Origin: Felis catus
Taxonomy: Eukaryota
Length of the DNA stretch: 64,000 nt
NCBI RefSeq assembly: GCF_018350175.1
Contig: NC_058368.1
Span: 214,646,001 to 214,710,000 of the forward strand
Direction: 5' to 3'
The stretch's first letter is position 1; each line of letters begins with the position of its first letter. The position numbers and the translations under genes were made by a program. The notes under the pieces are model-generated. The model did no database searches. It was not told the DNA's origin and saw only the letters and a list, made by a program, of their open reading frames with translations. Positions 39,768 through 51,702 of this stretch are shown here, in pieces.

Positions 39768-39970
39768 TGCATAGTTAAAAAAAAATTTTTTTTAATGTTT
39801 ATTTTTGAGAGAGAGAGAGCAGTGGAGAGCAGCGAGAAGGGACACAGGATCTGAAGCAGGTTCTGTGCTGACAACAGAGAGCCTGGTGTGGGTCTTGAAG
39901 TCGTGAACTATGAAATCATGACCCCAGTCAAAGTTGGAGGCTTAATGGACTGAGATACCTAGGCACCCCC
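39768..39970 (-). mobile_element. Felid SINE
   Basis: TSD aagaaatag(c/a)tcttt. Confidence 0.9.
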
Positions 39971-40182
39971 AAGAAATAGATCTTTAAACACAATTGGTTT
40001 CCTAAATTCACATAATCTTTTTCTTTGTTCATAAATTTTATGTATTTTTCAGCAGAAAACCTGAAAGAGTAGCTTATCGCTTTCCCTGTCTTACTAAGCT
40101 ACTGCCTCTGTGCTTGCTGTTTTTTCCTTGATGTTTTTCTTTCTTGTTACACTTGATCTCTCCAATTTATTGCAGCTGTGGG

Positions 40183-40241
40183 GGTGGTGGTGGTGGTGGT
40201 GGTGGTGGTGGTGGTGTGTGTGTGTGTGTGTGTATGTGTGT
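40183..40241. repeat. (GGT)n-(GT)n compound microsatellite
   Basis: Directly visible. Confidence 0.95.
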
Positions 40242-40579
40242 TTATGAGGTGGTGATGGGGGTATTAATAACAATTCTCAGGTTATTTTCATTTCCAATTC
40301 AATCCTCAGTACTGCTTGTTGGGTATAGGACCAGAGTTAGTATATAAGCTTCACCATGCAATAACTTTCTGTTTCTTTCCTTGGCTAATAGTTTCTAAGG
40401 TTTATGGCATGAGCTTGAATGGTTGTGTGGTTGTTAATGTTGAATTATGGGTTCTTTTCCGTCCACTGCCTCTGTTCTTATTCACTTGATAACAACTGAA
40501 GAAGGGAAACTATTTGCTTCAGCTTTACTTTTCCATCTTTACCTAAAAATCTGGCCTTGCTTAAGAAATAACTATTACA

Positions 40580-40788
40580 GGGGCGCCTGGGTGGCTTAGT
40601 CGGTTAAGCGTCCGACTTCAGCTCAGGTCGCGACCTTGCGGTCTGTGAGTTCGAGCTCCGCCTCGGGCTCTAGGCTGATGGCTCGGAGCCTGGAGCCTGT
40701 TTCCGACTCTGTGTCTCCCTCTCTCTGCCCCTCCCCTGTTCATGCTCTGTCTCTCTCTGTCTCAAAAATAAATAAACGTTAAAAAAAA
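40580..40788 (+). mobile_element. SINEC_Fc SINE
   Basis: CpG-rich; TSD aagaaa(t/g)aac(t/c)attaca. Confidence 0.95.
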
Positions 40789-41141
40789 GAAAGAACCATT
40801 ACATTTTTGAACAACTTAAAGCTTAAGTTGAATGTAATGAAACATTTAAAAAAACAGACTTTTTCTTTTGGTTTTTCTACATAATGAGTCCTTTAAGAAA
40901 GCATGTGTTCCAAGAGAGGGCAAAAGTGAAAAAAGCTAAATTTCTTTTCACCATATTGTGACGTGAAAGTACAAATATCACACATTTAATCAATCTATCA
41001 AGCCGAATCAGACTACCAACACTGAATTAGATTATATAATAACCTATATATAAGACATGGCATTTTTCAAAATGAATTTTCCTTTTACTTAAATTTTTAT
41101 ACAAGTGATATGTAATTCAATTAAAAAATTGTCAGTGGGCA

Positions 41142-41352
41142 GGGGTGCCTGGGTGGCTCAGTCAGTTAAGAGTCCGACTTGGGCTCAGGTCATGATCTTG
41201 CGGTTTGTGAGTTTGAGCCCTGTGCCGGGCTCTGTGCTAACAGCTCAGAGCCTGGAGCCAGCTTCAGATTTTGTGTCTCCTCCTCTCTCTGCCCCTCCCA
41301 TGCTCATGCTCTGTCTCTTTCTGTCTCTCAATAATAAGTAAACGTTTAAAAA
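41142..41352 (+). mobile_element. SINEC_Fc-like SINE
   Basis: TSD aaaa(t)tgtcagtgggca. Confidence 0.95.
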
Positions 41353-41369
41353 AAAAATGTCAGTGGGCA

Positions 41370-41478
41370 GCCCAGAGCCTGCTTGGGATTCTCGTCTCCC
41401 TCTCTATCTCTGCGCATCCCCCGCTCTCATTCTCTCTCTCCTTGTCTCTTTCAAAAATAAATAAATAAACATTTTTTG
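41370..41478 (+). mobile_element. 5'-truncated older SINE
   Basis: agagcctgcttgggattctc...(CT)n...aaaataaataaataaac; third copy of tgtcagtggg follows. Confidence 0.85.
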
Positions 41479-42939
41479 AAAAGTTGTCAGTGGGGAGAAT
41501 CTTTACCAAGTCAATGAAATGGATGAGAATGAATTCTAGGGGTTGTTCCTTTGTTTTCCCTGCTTTCCCTGCTTTCCCTTTTCAAGGGTTTTCTCTGCTT
41601 TTAAAGCTGATGGACATTGGCTTAGAATTCCCTGTTGTTTTGGGTGGCCATTCATTCAATGCTGCCATCAAGACTAAATTAACTCAGCCAGAGATCTAAA
41701 AAGGAAATGATAATAACAGGGAAGAGAATTGGAAATGAATGTCTGCAGGACTTATATTTCAAATGCCTATGAAATACACATATTTTAAAGTGTTCTGAAA
41801 ATGTATTTTAGATAGACTTGTTCATGAATGAGTTTCTGGTTATATTTTATATTTAAAATAATTTCTGGGTATTATGCCATTAAACATAGTTTTTGTGGTT
41901 GGCATAAGAAGATATTTCAGTTATGTTTCTTGCTTTATTTTTCTCTAAATTATTGGAAGTGAATCTGCAGAACTCAATACTTTGAAGAAGAAATAAATTC
42001 CTTTCTTTTCATCAACACTTTTATCATTATATATACTTTTTTTTTCCAGGAAAACATTTGTTTCCTAGGCATAGGATTGGATTTATCCTTTCAATTATAT
42101 AACTATTGGGCAAATATTAATGAGTATTAGGTGCACAGCATTGTGTTGGACATTTTAGAAGTAATTTTTAATCTAGTTGAGCAAACCAGATTACATTTAT
42201 AATGAGATGTTGTTACATTGTCGGTGTAAATTTCAGAGAAGGAGGCTATCACTACCATATGGAGCAGTCTAAGGAATGAAATGTATTTGGAATAGCCAAA
42301 TGGAAATGACCATTTGATAAAAAACAGGATGGTGGTGGGAGAGCAAGGTACTGACATATAAAAAAAAGCCAGACATGTTGAGGGGCTGGATGAGATTTGA
42401 CTAAAAAAAATGAACCTTTCAGGTGAATGACAAGAAATACTATTCTATGTGTGGTCGATTGTACTTATAGTTAATTTCAGGCTGCAGAGTTTCAGCTTGA
42501 GGCAAGAAGAAGTAGATGATAACTACAGAGTTAGTGAAATTAAATTATGAAAGGCTAGAATACTTTTCAAATAATTTGGGTGGAGTTTAGATTTAAGAAG
42601 GTCAGCTAGGATTATGGTTTAAATATGTCATTCTGACCGAAGAAAGGCTTTCATTGGGGTGGTGGTGGAGAGAATTAAAAAGTTTAGACTCTGATGGACC
42701 TGAGATGAATCATTACTCTCATTAGGGTATTTCTAAACAGGGAGATATAAATAATGGTGAAAAACAGGAAGGAAGAGCGGACTTTTCCTCAACATTTGAA
42801 AAACAAATATCTTTGAGAGGAAAGAGAGTCTTAGGAGTTATGAGTATTTAGGAATAGCCTAATTATTATTATGGGATATTTGCTATGATTATGTAATAAT
42901 TACTCTGCTAAGTATTTTATATTCATTATTTAAATTAAA

Positions 42940-44880
42940 GACCATGAGTGATTTTATAGTGTTTTGCTATCAATCAAACATGGATATTTTCTCTCAGTTT
43001 TAAAAAGATATTACCTACTGTTCATTTTTTGTTTAAGTATTCAGCAAATTGTCTCAACAACACATGTTATGTAATTCATTTGTTATCTTTGACTTAAAAT
43101 AGTCTTCCTAACATATACTAATTAATGTTTTAAACCAAAGTTAGTTTATGAGCTTTTCATCTTGTTCCTATGATTAATCTTTCTGTCCTATTTGTATATT
43201 CGTTTATTATTTAAGGTTTATTAAAACTTATTATGATTTTTATTTTTTATTTTTTTTTTTTACTGTTTGTTTATTTTTGTGAGAGAAAGACAGAGCATGG
43301 GGGTGGGGGGGAAGAGCAGAGAGAGAGGGAGACACAGAATCTGAAGCAGGCTCCAGGCTCTGAGCTGTCAGCAGAGAGCCTGATGCAGGGCTGGAACTCA
43401 TGAACCATGAGATCATGACCTGAACGGAAGTTGGGTGCTTAACCGACTGAGCCACCCAGGAGCCCCTTTTAAAATTTATTTATTTATTTTAGTTTTTAAT
43501 TTTTTTAGATGATTTCTAAATCATAATAGAAATATTATTTAAAACATTTCATAATCATAAATAGAAAACCTATTGACTTATTGATGTGTTCTACTGTCTC
43601 TAGTGAGCTCACAAAACTTTCAGTAATTATGATCATTTCTAGTTGATTTTCTTGTTTTCAAGTCAGCAAATCTGTTTTTTACAAATAATGATACAGTAAT
43701 ATCTTCCTTTGCAAAATGTAAACTTTATTTATTTTTGTCTCACTAGCTTGGCTATGACTTCTCAAACTATACTGAAAATATTAATAGGCATTCTTTTATT
43801 AGAAGTATATGTACATTAGGAGTTAAGCCTACTTTTAGTTATTTATTTGAGATATGTATAATAAGTAGTATATATACATTTAATAACAATTTCTGAGACG
43901 TTGGACGTTTTTTTATTTAAAAAGGATATTTACTTTTATTATACGACTTTCTGACAGTTAACAAGATGATTATGTTTTTCTTTTTTTACCTGCTGAGATA
44001 GTTAATAATAGTAAGTGTATTGCATTTCAGACAACCTTGAAATAAAGTCAAGTTAGTCATGGTGTGTATTAATTTAATGTATTACTTGGATGGGCTGTCT
44101 AGGGCTGAGATTTCCTGTCATTGAGTTCTCTTTTTAGATGATAACGTCAAAAGTCACACTAGTGAAGTGAATCTCAAAGCTTACATTCTTATAAGGTCTA
44201 GCACTCTTGAAATACAGTTTTTTGAAGATTTTCAAAGAAGTAATTGATAAAAGTTTTTTGTTTCTAGCAACATTTTTGGAGCAAATTCATTGGTCAAAAG
44301 TTGCTTAATGTCTTTCAGATTTTTGTTTTCTTATTGAGTTACTTTTGGTTATTTATATTTTCCAGAGAAACATCCATTTCATGTTATTTTTTCCAATATT
44401 AGTATGGTATTCTCTTCTGTCTGTATACAGAAGGTTTAGTTTAATTTCTCTGTGTGTTTATATTGTCTTTCTTTATTAGATTTTCCAAAGGGTACTCTGT
44501 TTTATTGGTGCCTTCTATAATTGTATTTTTAATTGTTTTCTAATTCATTAATTCTACTTTTAATTCATGCTATTCTTGGAATTATTTTGTTGTTCTTATT
44601 TTAAATACTGTATTTGAGTTAAAAGTTTAGTTCAACTATTAATTTCTTTCTGGTCTAATAACAACAATGTTGATAGATATAACTATTAATTTAAATATGG
44701 TTTGTTTGCATTCCATAAGTTTTAATGTACAGTATAGTTCTTATTAGAGTCTATAATTGCAACTTTGGTTTCCTCGTTAAAATTTACATAGTACATTTGA
44801 ATTATCAAATGATTTGATTTTTACATTGGGTAATTTTTTATTTAATTCGATACTATTTAATTGGGAACAGAGGATTTAGT
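42940..44880 (-). mobile_element. Highly diverged L1 (L1ME-like) ORF2
   Basis: T-rich strand; caaataatgatacagt...cactagcttggctatgacttctcaaactatactgaa; catccatttcat. Confidence 0.7.
43236..43466 (-). mobile_element. SINEC_Fc-like SINE
   Basis: Canonical antisense body and T tail. Confidence 0.95.
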
Positions 44881-46954
44881 TTATGTAGTTAGAAGTTTTC
44901 ATTTTGAAAAAAAAAATTCATTCATGTGGATATTCACTAACAAACAAGTATCTGGGAAAAGTAACCAAAGGTTGCCAAACTTTATTGAATATCAGAATTA
45001 TGGGAGAGTTTATTAAAACACAATTTGCTGGCTCCACTCTTAGGGTGGCCACAAGCCATGGGCAGCTGGGGCAAGCAGGCACACACAATGGCAGGCAGGA
45101 GGAAGTTAGCTTCACACAGATCAGACAGCCTGTGGCAAGGTCTCGCCATTAACTGTGCCTCAGGCAAAATGTTGGTCCACGGGGTGGGGTCTGGCAGGGA
45201 GAGAGCAGTGTGTGCTGTTGTAGGATAGAAGGAAGAGATAGGCCACTTCCCAAAAGTAAGGGACCAACCAGCCTACATGCCCAAAGGAACCATAAGGTTT
45301 GCTTTATCAGAAAAAACAAAGCAGTACAAGATAATTTACTTAAACATGCATACTGCCTTCAGCACCAACTTAACCATTTTCACAAAAGCCCAAAGGGAGG
45401 GGCAGTCGCCAAGATAGAAAAGCTGTTTTCTGAATCCTATTTAGTAAATCATTCCTTCCAACATAATAATAAAGGAAAGCTACATCAATGAAAAGAAGGT
45501 AAATGTTGTTATCAAAGGATGTGCATGCCGTGTGTTTTATGTCTGTGGATTAAATTCTTCCCAGCATACTACCATTTGTGTTGATATTATCCCTTAGAAA
45601 TCTTTTACTTCTGAAAATGTACATCTGGTAAGAAAAACTGAGTCAGTGACTTGTGCATACATAAATCACTTCTTTCTTCCTCTTGGAGGCAGTTTCAGTC
45701 TGAAGACCTCCCTTGGAAAAAATAAATAAAAAGTAAATGAAATTAAAATAAAAAGGGAAAGTAGAAAAGTTAGAAAACACAGCCCAAATGACAGTAAATG
45801 TTAATGGTCTGATCACACACGCCAAAATTGTCCTTCAAACTGAAGTGTGTATTAAATAGTAATGGATAGATATACTTCTCTGTGAGATCTGATTTGTCTA
45901 GCAAATCCTTACTGACATATACTCTCATTTACTACTATATAGCCTTTTGAAAATGCCATTCCAGCAGAGCATAAAAAAGGTTATTTAGATTAAGTATAGT
46001 TACAAGATAAGCAGTATACTGAGTTCATTGGGCTTCATGCACGCTCATTTAATATCCACCGCTCCATTACTCTGAATCAAACTGTCCCTGAAAGAACAAG
46101 AAGAAGGAAAAGGGCATTAAAAAACACAAATCACAAGGTAGAGAACATTCTTCTTAAAAACGAAATGGTCTCCATGTGTTACCATTTAATACCATGGAAA
46201 TACTTTCCTGACTTTTATAGCATGCAAAGAAATTGCACCAATCTATTAAAGAATGCAATAAAAAAAAAAAAAGACTTTGAGGTGGGTTAACATTTTCCAG
46301 GTCTTTATCATTCTAGATGGGCTGGGAACTTCAAAACACTGTAAAATATTATAAATGGTATCCATTTGCATCTGTGTGCAGCTTATGGCATAATGAATGC
46401 ATGACCACTTAACCATTTATTGAATACAGGAAGAAATACGATAAGACCTTCACTGATATCTTTTAAAACAAGGCCCAAAGCCAAGTTTTAAAGAAAGACA
46501 GAGTGCCAAAACAGTTTTTCTTTTTCTTTTCCCCTTAACTTTAGTGCCATTAAATGGCTTTTTGGACTTTGTTTGAAATTCAGGTAATTAATATAACTGG
46601 AGAAAATAATTTTTAGAGGGATAAGGTATTGTGATAAAATATAAACAAGAAAAGCCTAAGTTTAGAGGACAAAATGACAGTGCTAATACCAAAGTTATAC
46701 GGGGTGATTTAAGTCATTGTTAAGGCCTTTCACATGTTCAGTTTGCATTTGACAGTGGCTGAACTTTATTAGCCTTTAATGGCCTTCATTAAATTATATT
46801 TGGTATCTAAGAGGCTATGCATTGAATGGGGATCATGAGGACATTCTCCTTTAGAAATATATATACCTCAACTAAGGAGGTACGACTCTGAGCATCTTGT
46901 TTTAGGGAATAGCGTCCTATCTTATTTCAGACTGTGGACAAATGACAATTTTTA

Positions 46955-48500
46955 CAGATTTTCTTTCAGTGGGCTCCTTCCCAGTAGCATTTAAACAGTC
47001 TCTCTCTTAAATTAAAAAAAAAAAAATCCCTTATGGACACTTCATCTTCCCACGGTTATTGCTCGAGCTGCTATTGTTCTTTGTCTCCTCCTCACAAATA
47101 GGAAAACATTCCGTGCATCTTCTCACCTCCAAACCTGTCCCCAACAGACTAATCTAGCTTCTTCACTGACCTTCCCCTGCTCAGCTCACACCAAGGTCAC
47201 TAGTACTGACGTGTAGATAAATCACATTTGAACTTTCAGTCACTGTCTTCCTTTTATCAGTTGCTACTACATCACCATATTTTGTAAAGGAAAAAAAAAC
47301 CTTCCTTTTTAAATGATTTTTGCACATTGGTCATAAATATGTAGGCTCACCCGGGCTCTTTCGTAAATCTGATTCTCTTCTAAACCAGGGACTTATTTCT
47401 AGGCAACTCATTCCCTCTCCAGCTTTGTTAAAGACCCCGAAATATGTACCAATAGCCAGACTATAAATAGTAGGCTGTCAGTAAACATCGATTTCCTGGC
47501 TGGCTGACCCACCTTCCTTCTGTTCCCTAAGCCCACACAGTAAACTCCCTAGAGGGCATTTTTAATTGGAGGTCTCTCTGTTACCTAGAACTCAGAATTT
47601 CCTAAAATAAATGTATCATCTCCACAAACTACTCCCATCCTATCTTCCCCTTTAAGAGGTGGGGAGACAGACCTTGCTTCTTCAGTGTGCTTCCTAATTT
47701 ACTTCATGGTGTCAGCTGCCACCTGGTTGCCCACGTGAGTACCCTGGGAGTCCTTCTTAACTCCTTTCTCTCCCTCATTTATTTCCCAGTGAGTCACAAT
47801 ATCCTACCATTCTAATGCTGCCTTATGTCCATTTTCACCGTCACCATCATGTATCAAGGAACAATTACTATTTTATATTTAGACTCCTTCCGCAGCCCGC
47901 CAACTTCTTTCCCAATCTCCAGTTTTAATCCAAGATTTTTTCCTACTGGGTAAATTTCTTCTCCAAAATCAAGGCTAACTCCACTAGTGGAATCCCTTCA
48001 ATTTCTTTTTACTGCCCTTCGAGAGGAAAAGAAGTGCCTGCTTTGTTAGGATGATTTAAAAGGCCCCAACTTACACCTTTCCCACCTTCATTCATACCAG
48101 TCCCCGTTGCAATAATAAGCCCCAGTCACAGTAAACTTTGTTCACTTCTTCAAATCTCATATCTAGTTTGGAATATACATGCACCTTTTCCATCCATTGG
48201 ATTACTCATTATTGTTTATGTTTCAGTCAAATTTCACTTGGACCAGAAAGTCAGCCCTGATCCATGGCCCCCACTGCCCACCTCCTCTATGCTATTTACT
48301 CCTGTTCAGTTCTGTAGCATGATGTGCCTTTCTTTTAAGGCAGTATTGCTGTAAGAGCAATATAATAAAAACAGGCATTGCCATTTCCTCCTGATTATCT
48401 TTCTTACACACCATAAGCTCAGTGAGTACAGAAATCATGTGTGTCTTGCTCACTGTATCTGATACAGAAGTAATACATTGCATATGCTCAATAAAGATTT
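46955..48500 (+). mobile_element. Long L2 fragment (RT region to 3' end)
   Basis: ggctccttcccagtagcatttaaaca; caccaaggtcact; gggctc...ttctcttct...ctaggcaactcat...gaccccgaaat; terminal atgctcaataaa. Confidence 0.8.
47326..47443 (+). repeat. 118-bp segment duplicated at 50045-50162 (probable donor, inside L2)
   Basis: 117/118 identical; single mismatch 47369C / 50088T. Confidence 0.98.
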
Positions 48501-50044
48501 AGAGCATAGGAAAATAGTGCATGCCTTAGCAGTATTGGGAATACCTGAGTCATCATGGTGGACCCTCTCAGAAATTTCAGCAGGGTGTTGATCCTTTTTT
48601 ATGAAGCTCAGTCTTTAAAAAAGAGGAATCCTCTTTTTAATCCTAAAAGGAGGAATCCTCATTTGTTGACTGTTTATGGAGGCATGGGAATTGCTATATG
48701 TGTTAACATTAATCCTCTCCATAGTTTTCTTGTCAAAAATGATTTATAAATTACTCCTAGTCGTGCCCTGCCTGGGGAGGCTGCAGTTGTCTCAAGGTTC
48801 TGTATACTTACTGGCAATTTATCATTTAAACACTCATTAATTTGCCCAAATTATTTGGTTTTCATTTTTATTTCTGACTATAACACTTCTTTCTTATGAT
48901 AATAAATCCTTTTGTTTATCTTGATTCTCTCTTATTCTAATTCTAAGGAGCTGTGTCTTTTATTTGTATTTTGGTGTTTGATGAAGGAAAACATGATTTT
49001 CTTAAACAGTAATACACAAATTTACATAGCAGTTAACGTGGTCCCTCTTCATTTTCCAGAACTGAAGAATCCAGTTATTTGTTTTGTCTTCATATCAAAG
49101 TCCACAGTCATCCCACTCTTGCAGTTATTTAAGTCATCTTAATCTCTATATTTGAGTAACTATCAGCTCCATTCAAATTGATTTTTCACACATTATCCAT
49201 GTCTGGATTTTGTCATCATGTTAAATCTTAAATGTGGCCAACCAGTGTCTATGTGCCCTGATGGTCTTTTTTTTTTTTTTGGTGTAGGGCAATAACTTGA
49301 CTATTTCATTGTTGTGTCTTCTTTTTTATTCCTACGGTATTTGAAGTTTAACAGAATCCTCACAGAGGACTATGATGAATACAAACAAATAACTCTTTAT
49401 TCTTAAGCATTTTGGCATACAGATGGTGAAAATTGTATTTTGCCAGTACGATTTTCCTTGGAAGATTCCAACCAACACAACAGGAAATCTCCTCTTGCTT
49501 ACATATAAACATGGCTTTCCTCAGAATTTGTGTTAGTAAAAGACAATGTGGTGGCATAGCTAGGAAGCATCTGAGCTTTTAAAAACTGGTAATATCCTTC
49601 TAAAGAGTTGCTGGTTTATTGTATAATAGTGAGGATTCAGGCAAAATTTCCCATGGGTAAGCATTTAAAAAAGACATAATTTTAAGGCGAAGACATATTT
49701 AATATAAGAAATACCATAACTGAGGCATGAGCCACCTAGATATCCCCCAAGTCTTTGGCTCACTTGAGTAGATGGAACTTGTAAGATACGCATAAAATTG
49801 TCTTGCATACCCATTTCTGCAAAGGTGGAAGCCCGGCTTAGCTCCCAGTATCTCCAGGGATTTGGGGTGGCGGCTTGAATTTCCCCTGGACTTCCCTGGC
49901 CCCAATAACTTTTTCCTACCAAGCTGATCTCCAGACGGTATGTCACCAATGCATATACTATTCCATTTCCACAATAGATCACCTTGCTGCACACCACCCA
50001 ATAACTCCTGAGAAGAACTGCCACTATAGGCAGCAGGTGGAGAT

Positions 50045-50162
50045 ATTGGTCATAAATATGTAGGCTCACCCGGGCTCTTTCGTAAATTTGATTCTCTTCT
50101 AAACCAGGGACTTATTTCTAGGCAACTCATTCCCTCTCCAGCTTTGTTAAAGACCCCGAAAT
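50045..50162 (+). repeat. 118-bp templated copy of 47326-47443
   Basis: 117/118 identity; offset 2719 bp. Confidence 0.98.
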
Positions 50163-50298
50163 TATATAATACTATATAATATATATATTATATATATTAT
50201 ATATATATATGAACATATATATATATGAAATATATGAAATGTGAATATATATATGAAAAAAATTATATATATAATATATATAATTACTATATAATAAA
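50163..50298. repeat. AT-rich low-complexity (TA)n-like tract
   Basis: Directly visible; abuts the duplicated segment. Confidence 0.95.
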
Positions 50299-51117
50299 GA
50301 ATCCAGAGCATTATTGAGCAAGCTTGGGAGTCATTGATTAGGAAGTGATACATCCCTAATACAACTAAGCTTGTCTGTTTGTATAACCATGAAAATAGAG
50401 TTTTTAATGTTCAAATCTCCTATTTTTTCCCCTCAACTGACAACATCTGAAATTTCCTAGATCTTAAGATTCAAAATTAAGAAGTTGCTTGTCATTATAG
50501 TGGATATGGGGTCATCTATAATGTTGTCTAAACAGCCTTTACCAATATGTGAAGTATTTGGGGGATATTACTGAATATGGGCATGATTTGGGAATAGATA
50601 GAATTGTTATTGTTAAAGATAGCTACATACACATTTGTGGAGTATATCTTTCTTTATTCAGTAGTTGATACATAACATGATGTTCAGGATCACATTTCAT
50701 GCTTTCTGGATTGTCGTTTTCAAAATAGTGACAGAACATGAAAATTTCCATGATGTAACACATTTAGGAAGAAATTTAAAAATTCTTATAAACCTGTAAG
50801 TTCTCTTTTGAATATATATGAATAAAGTGTAAAAATGATTTGGGGGAACATTTAGGAATCCCAAGATAATCTGATCTTTGTGTGTGTCCAATTTACCAGC
50901 TATGTAATGCATAGAGCTAACAAGTCCTCAAATGAAATATATACAGCTGAATGACAAAGAAAAATCTCAATATGTATAGAATAAGATATCTATGCAGCAT
51001 CTCAACAACAGTAAGTGTTATTAAAAAAATGTTTAAAACTGTCAGTATGCTCATTGTTCAGAAAAATAAAAAGAGATGCAATGAAGTCATTTTTATCTAA
51101 AAGCATTTTAATTTTTT

Positions 51118-51313
51118 TAAAGTTTATTTATTTATTTTGAGAGAGAGAGCACGTGGGGAAAGGGCAGAGAGAGAGCAAGAGAGAGGATCCCAAGCAGGTT
51201 CCATGCTGTCAGCACAGAGCCCGAAGTGGGGCTCTATCTCATGAACCTTGAGATCATAACCTAAGCCCAAATCAAGAGTTGGATGCTTAACTGAATGAGC
51301 CATCCAGATGCTG
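51118..51313 (-). mobile_element. Older felid SINE
   Basis: TSD aaagcattttaattttt. Confidence 0.9.
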
Positions 51314-51485
51314 AAAGCATTTTAATTTTTAAATTTTAGTGGTTTTGGTATTCAAAAATTTTAGTCATTCCTTTGCTGTTTCTACAGCTCCAGTTTCTTT
51401 TTTTTCCTTAAAAATCACCCCGCCCCCACCCGCCGCCTCAGTCTTATCTGAATCTTATAGTCATGAGGAGTTTAACTTCATTTTC

Positions 51486-51702
51486 TTTTTTTTTTTTTTT
51501 TTCGTTTATTTATTTTTGGGACAGAGAGAGACAGAGCATGAACGGGGGAGGGGCAGAGAGAGAGGGAGACACAGAATCGGAAACAGGCTCCAGGCTCCGA
51601 GCCATCAGCCCAGAGCCTGACGCGGGGCTCGAACTCACGGACCGTGAGATCGTGACCTGGCTGAAGTCGGACGCTTAACCGACTGCGCCACCCAGGCGCC
51701 CC
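51486..51702 (-). mobile_element. Very young SINEC_Fc SINE
   Basis: CpG-rich; long homogeneous T tail; TSD attttc. Confidence 0.97.

Larger units (their letters stand above)
48540..50780 (-). mobile_element. Decayed Ty3/Gypsy-type LTR-retrotransposon pol relic (RT and RNase H; integrase start uncertain)
   Basis: Ordered motifs across frameshifts: LCINY* (50675-50658), SRKFQMLSVEGKK* (50461-50420), xIND (50341-50330), WVVCSK...VYAL/GHTV, PKSLEILG..GFHLCRN..YAYLTSSIY..W, DAS (49571-49563), PCLYVS, KE/IVLA..F, KELFVCIHHSPL, NGADSYS (49173-49153). Confidence 0.7.

Noticed and set aside
45045..45300. LTR plus primer-binding site (minus strand ...caca gttaa TGGCGAGACC)
   Set aside because: No poly(A) signal or recognisable LTR body; too weak to call
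48530..48580. Integrase HHCC zinc finger (RVHHDDSGIPNT)
   Set aside because: Position is plausible, but only a weak partial motif is seen and no CxxC before the L2 boundary
49267..50069. Processed pseudogene or bornavirus-like element ending at the T run (49267-49280)
   Set aside because: No TSD found; RNase H-like motifs continue past the run; no convincing match to recalled bornavirus proteins
50082..50160. Minus-strand FGVFN and QIY peptides as RT motif B and YxDD
   Set aside because: They lie inside the 118-bp insertion copied from L2, read antisense, so the resemblance is chance
50324..50350. YHFLINDSQ as an L2 RT motif (YHLYADDSQ)
   Set aside because: Not fully excluded, but the flanking motifs and their spacing on both sides fit an LTR-retroelement RT better than L2
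7189..50780. Gypsy-type LTRs and pol relic as one provirus
   Set aside because: LTR candidates are on the + strand, appear unlike each other, and lie over 35 kb from the minus-strand pol
50841..50861. GFLNVP as foamy-virus-like QGFLNSP motif B
   Set aside because: Lies upstream of the LCIDYR-like motif, i.e. out of order; treated as coincidence
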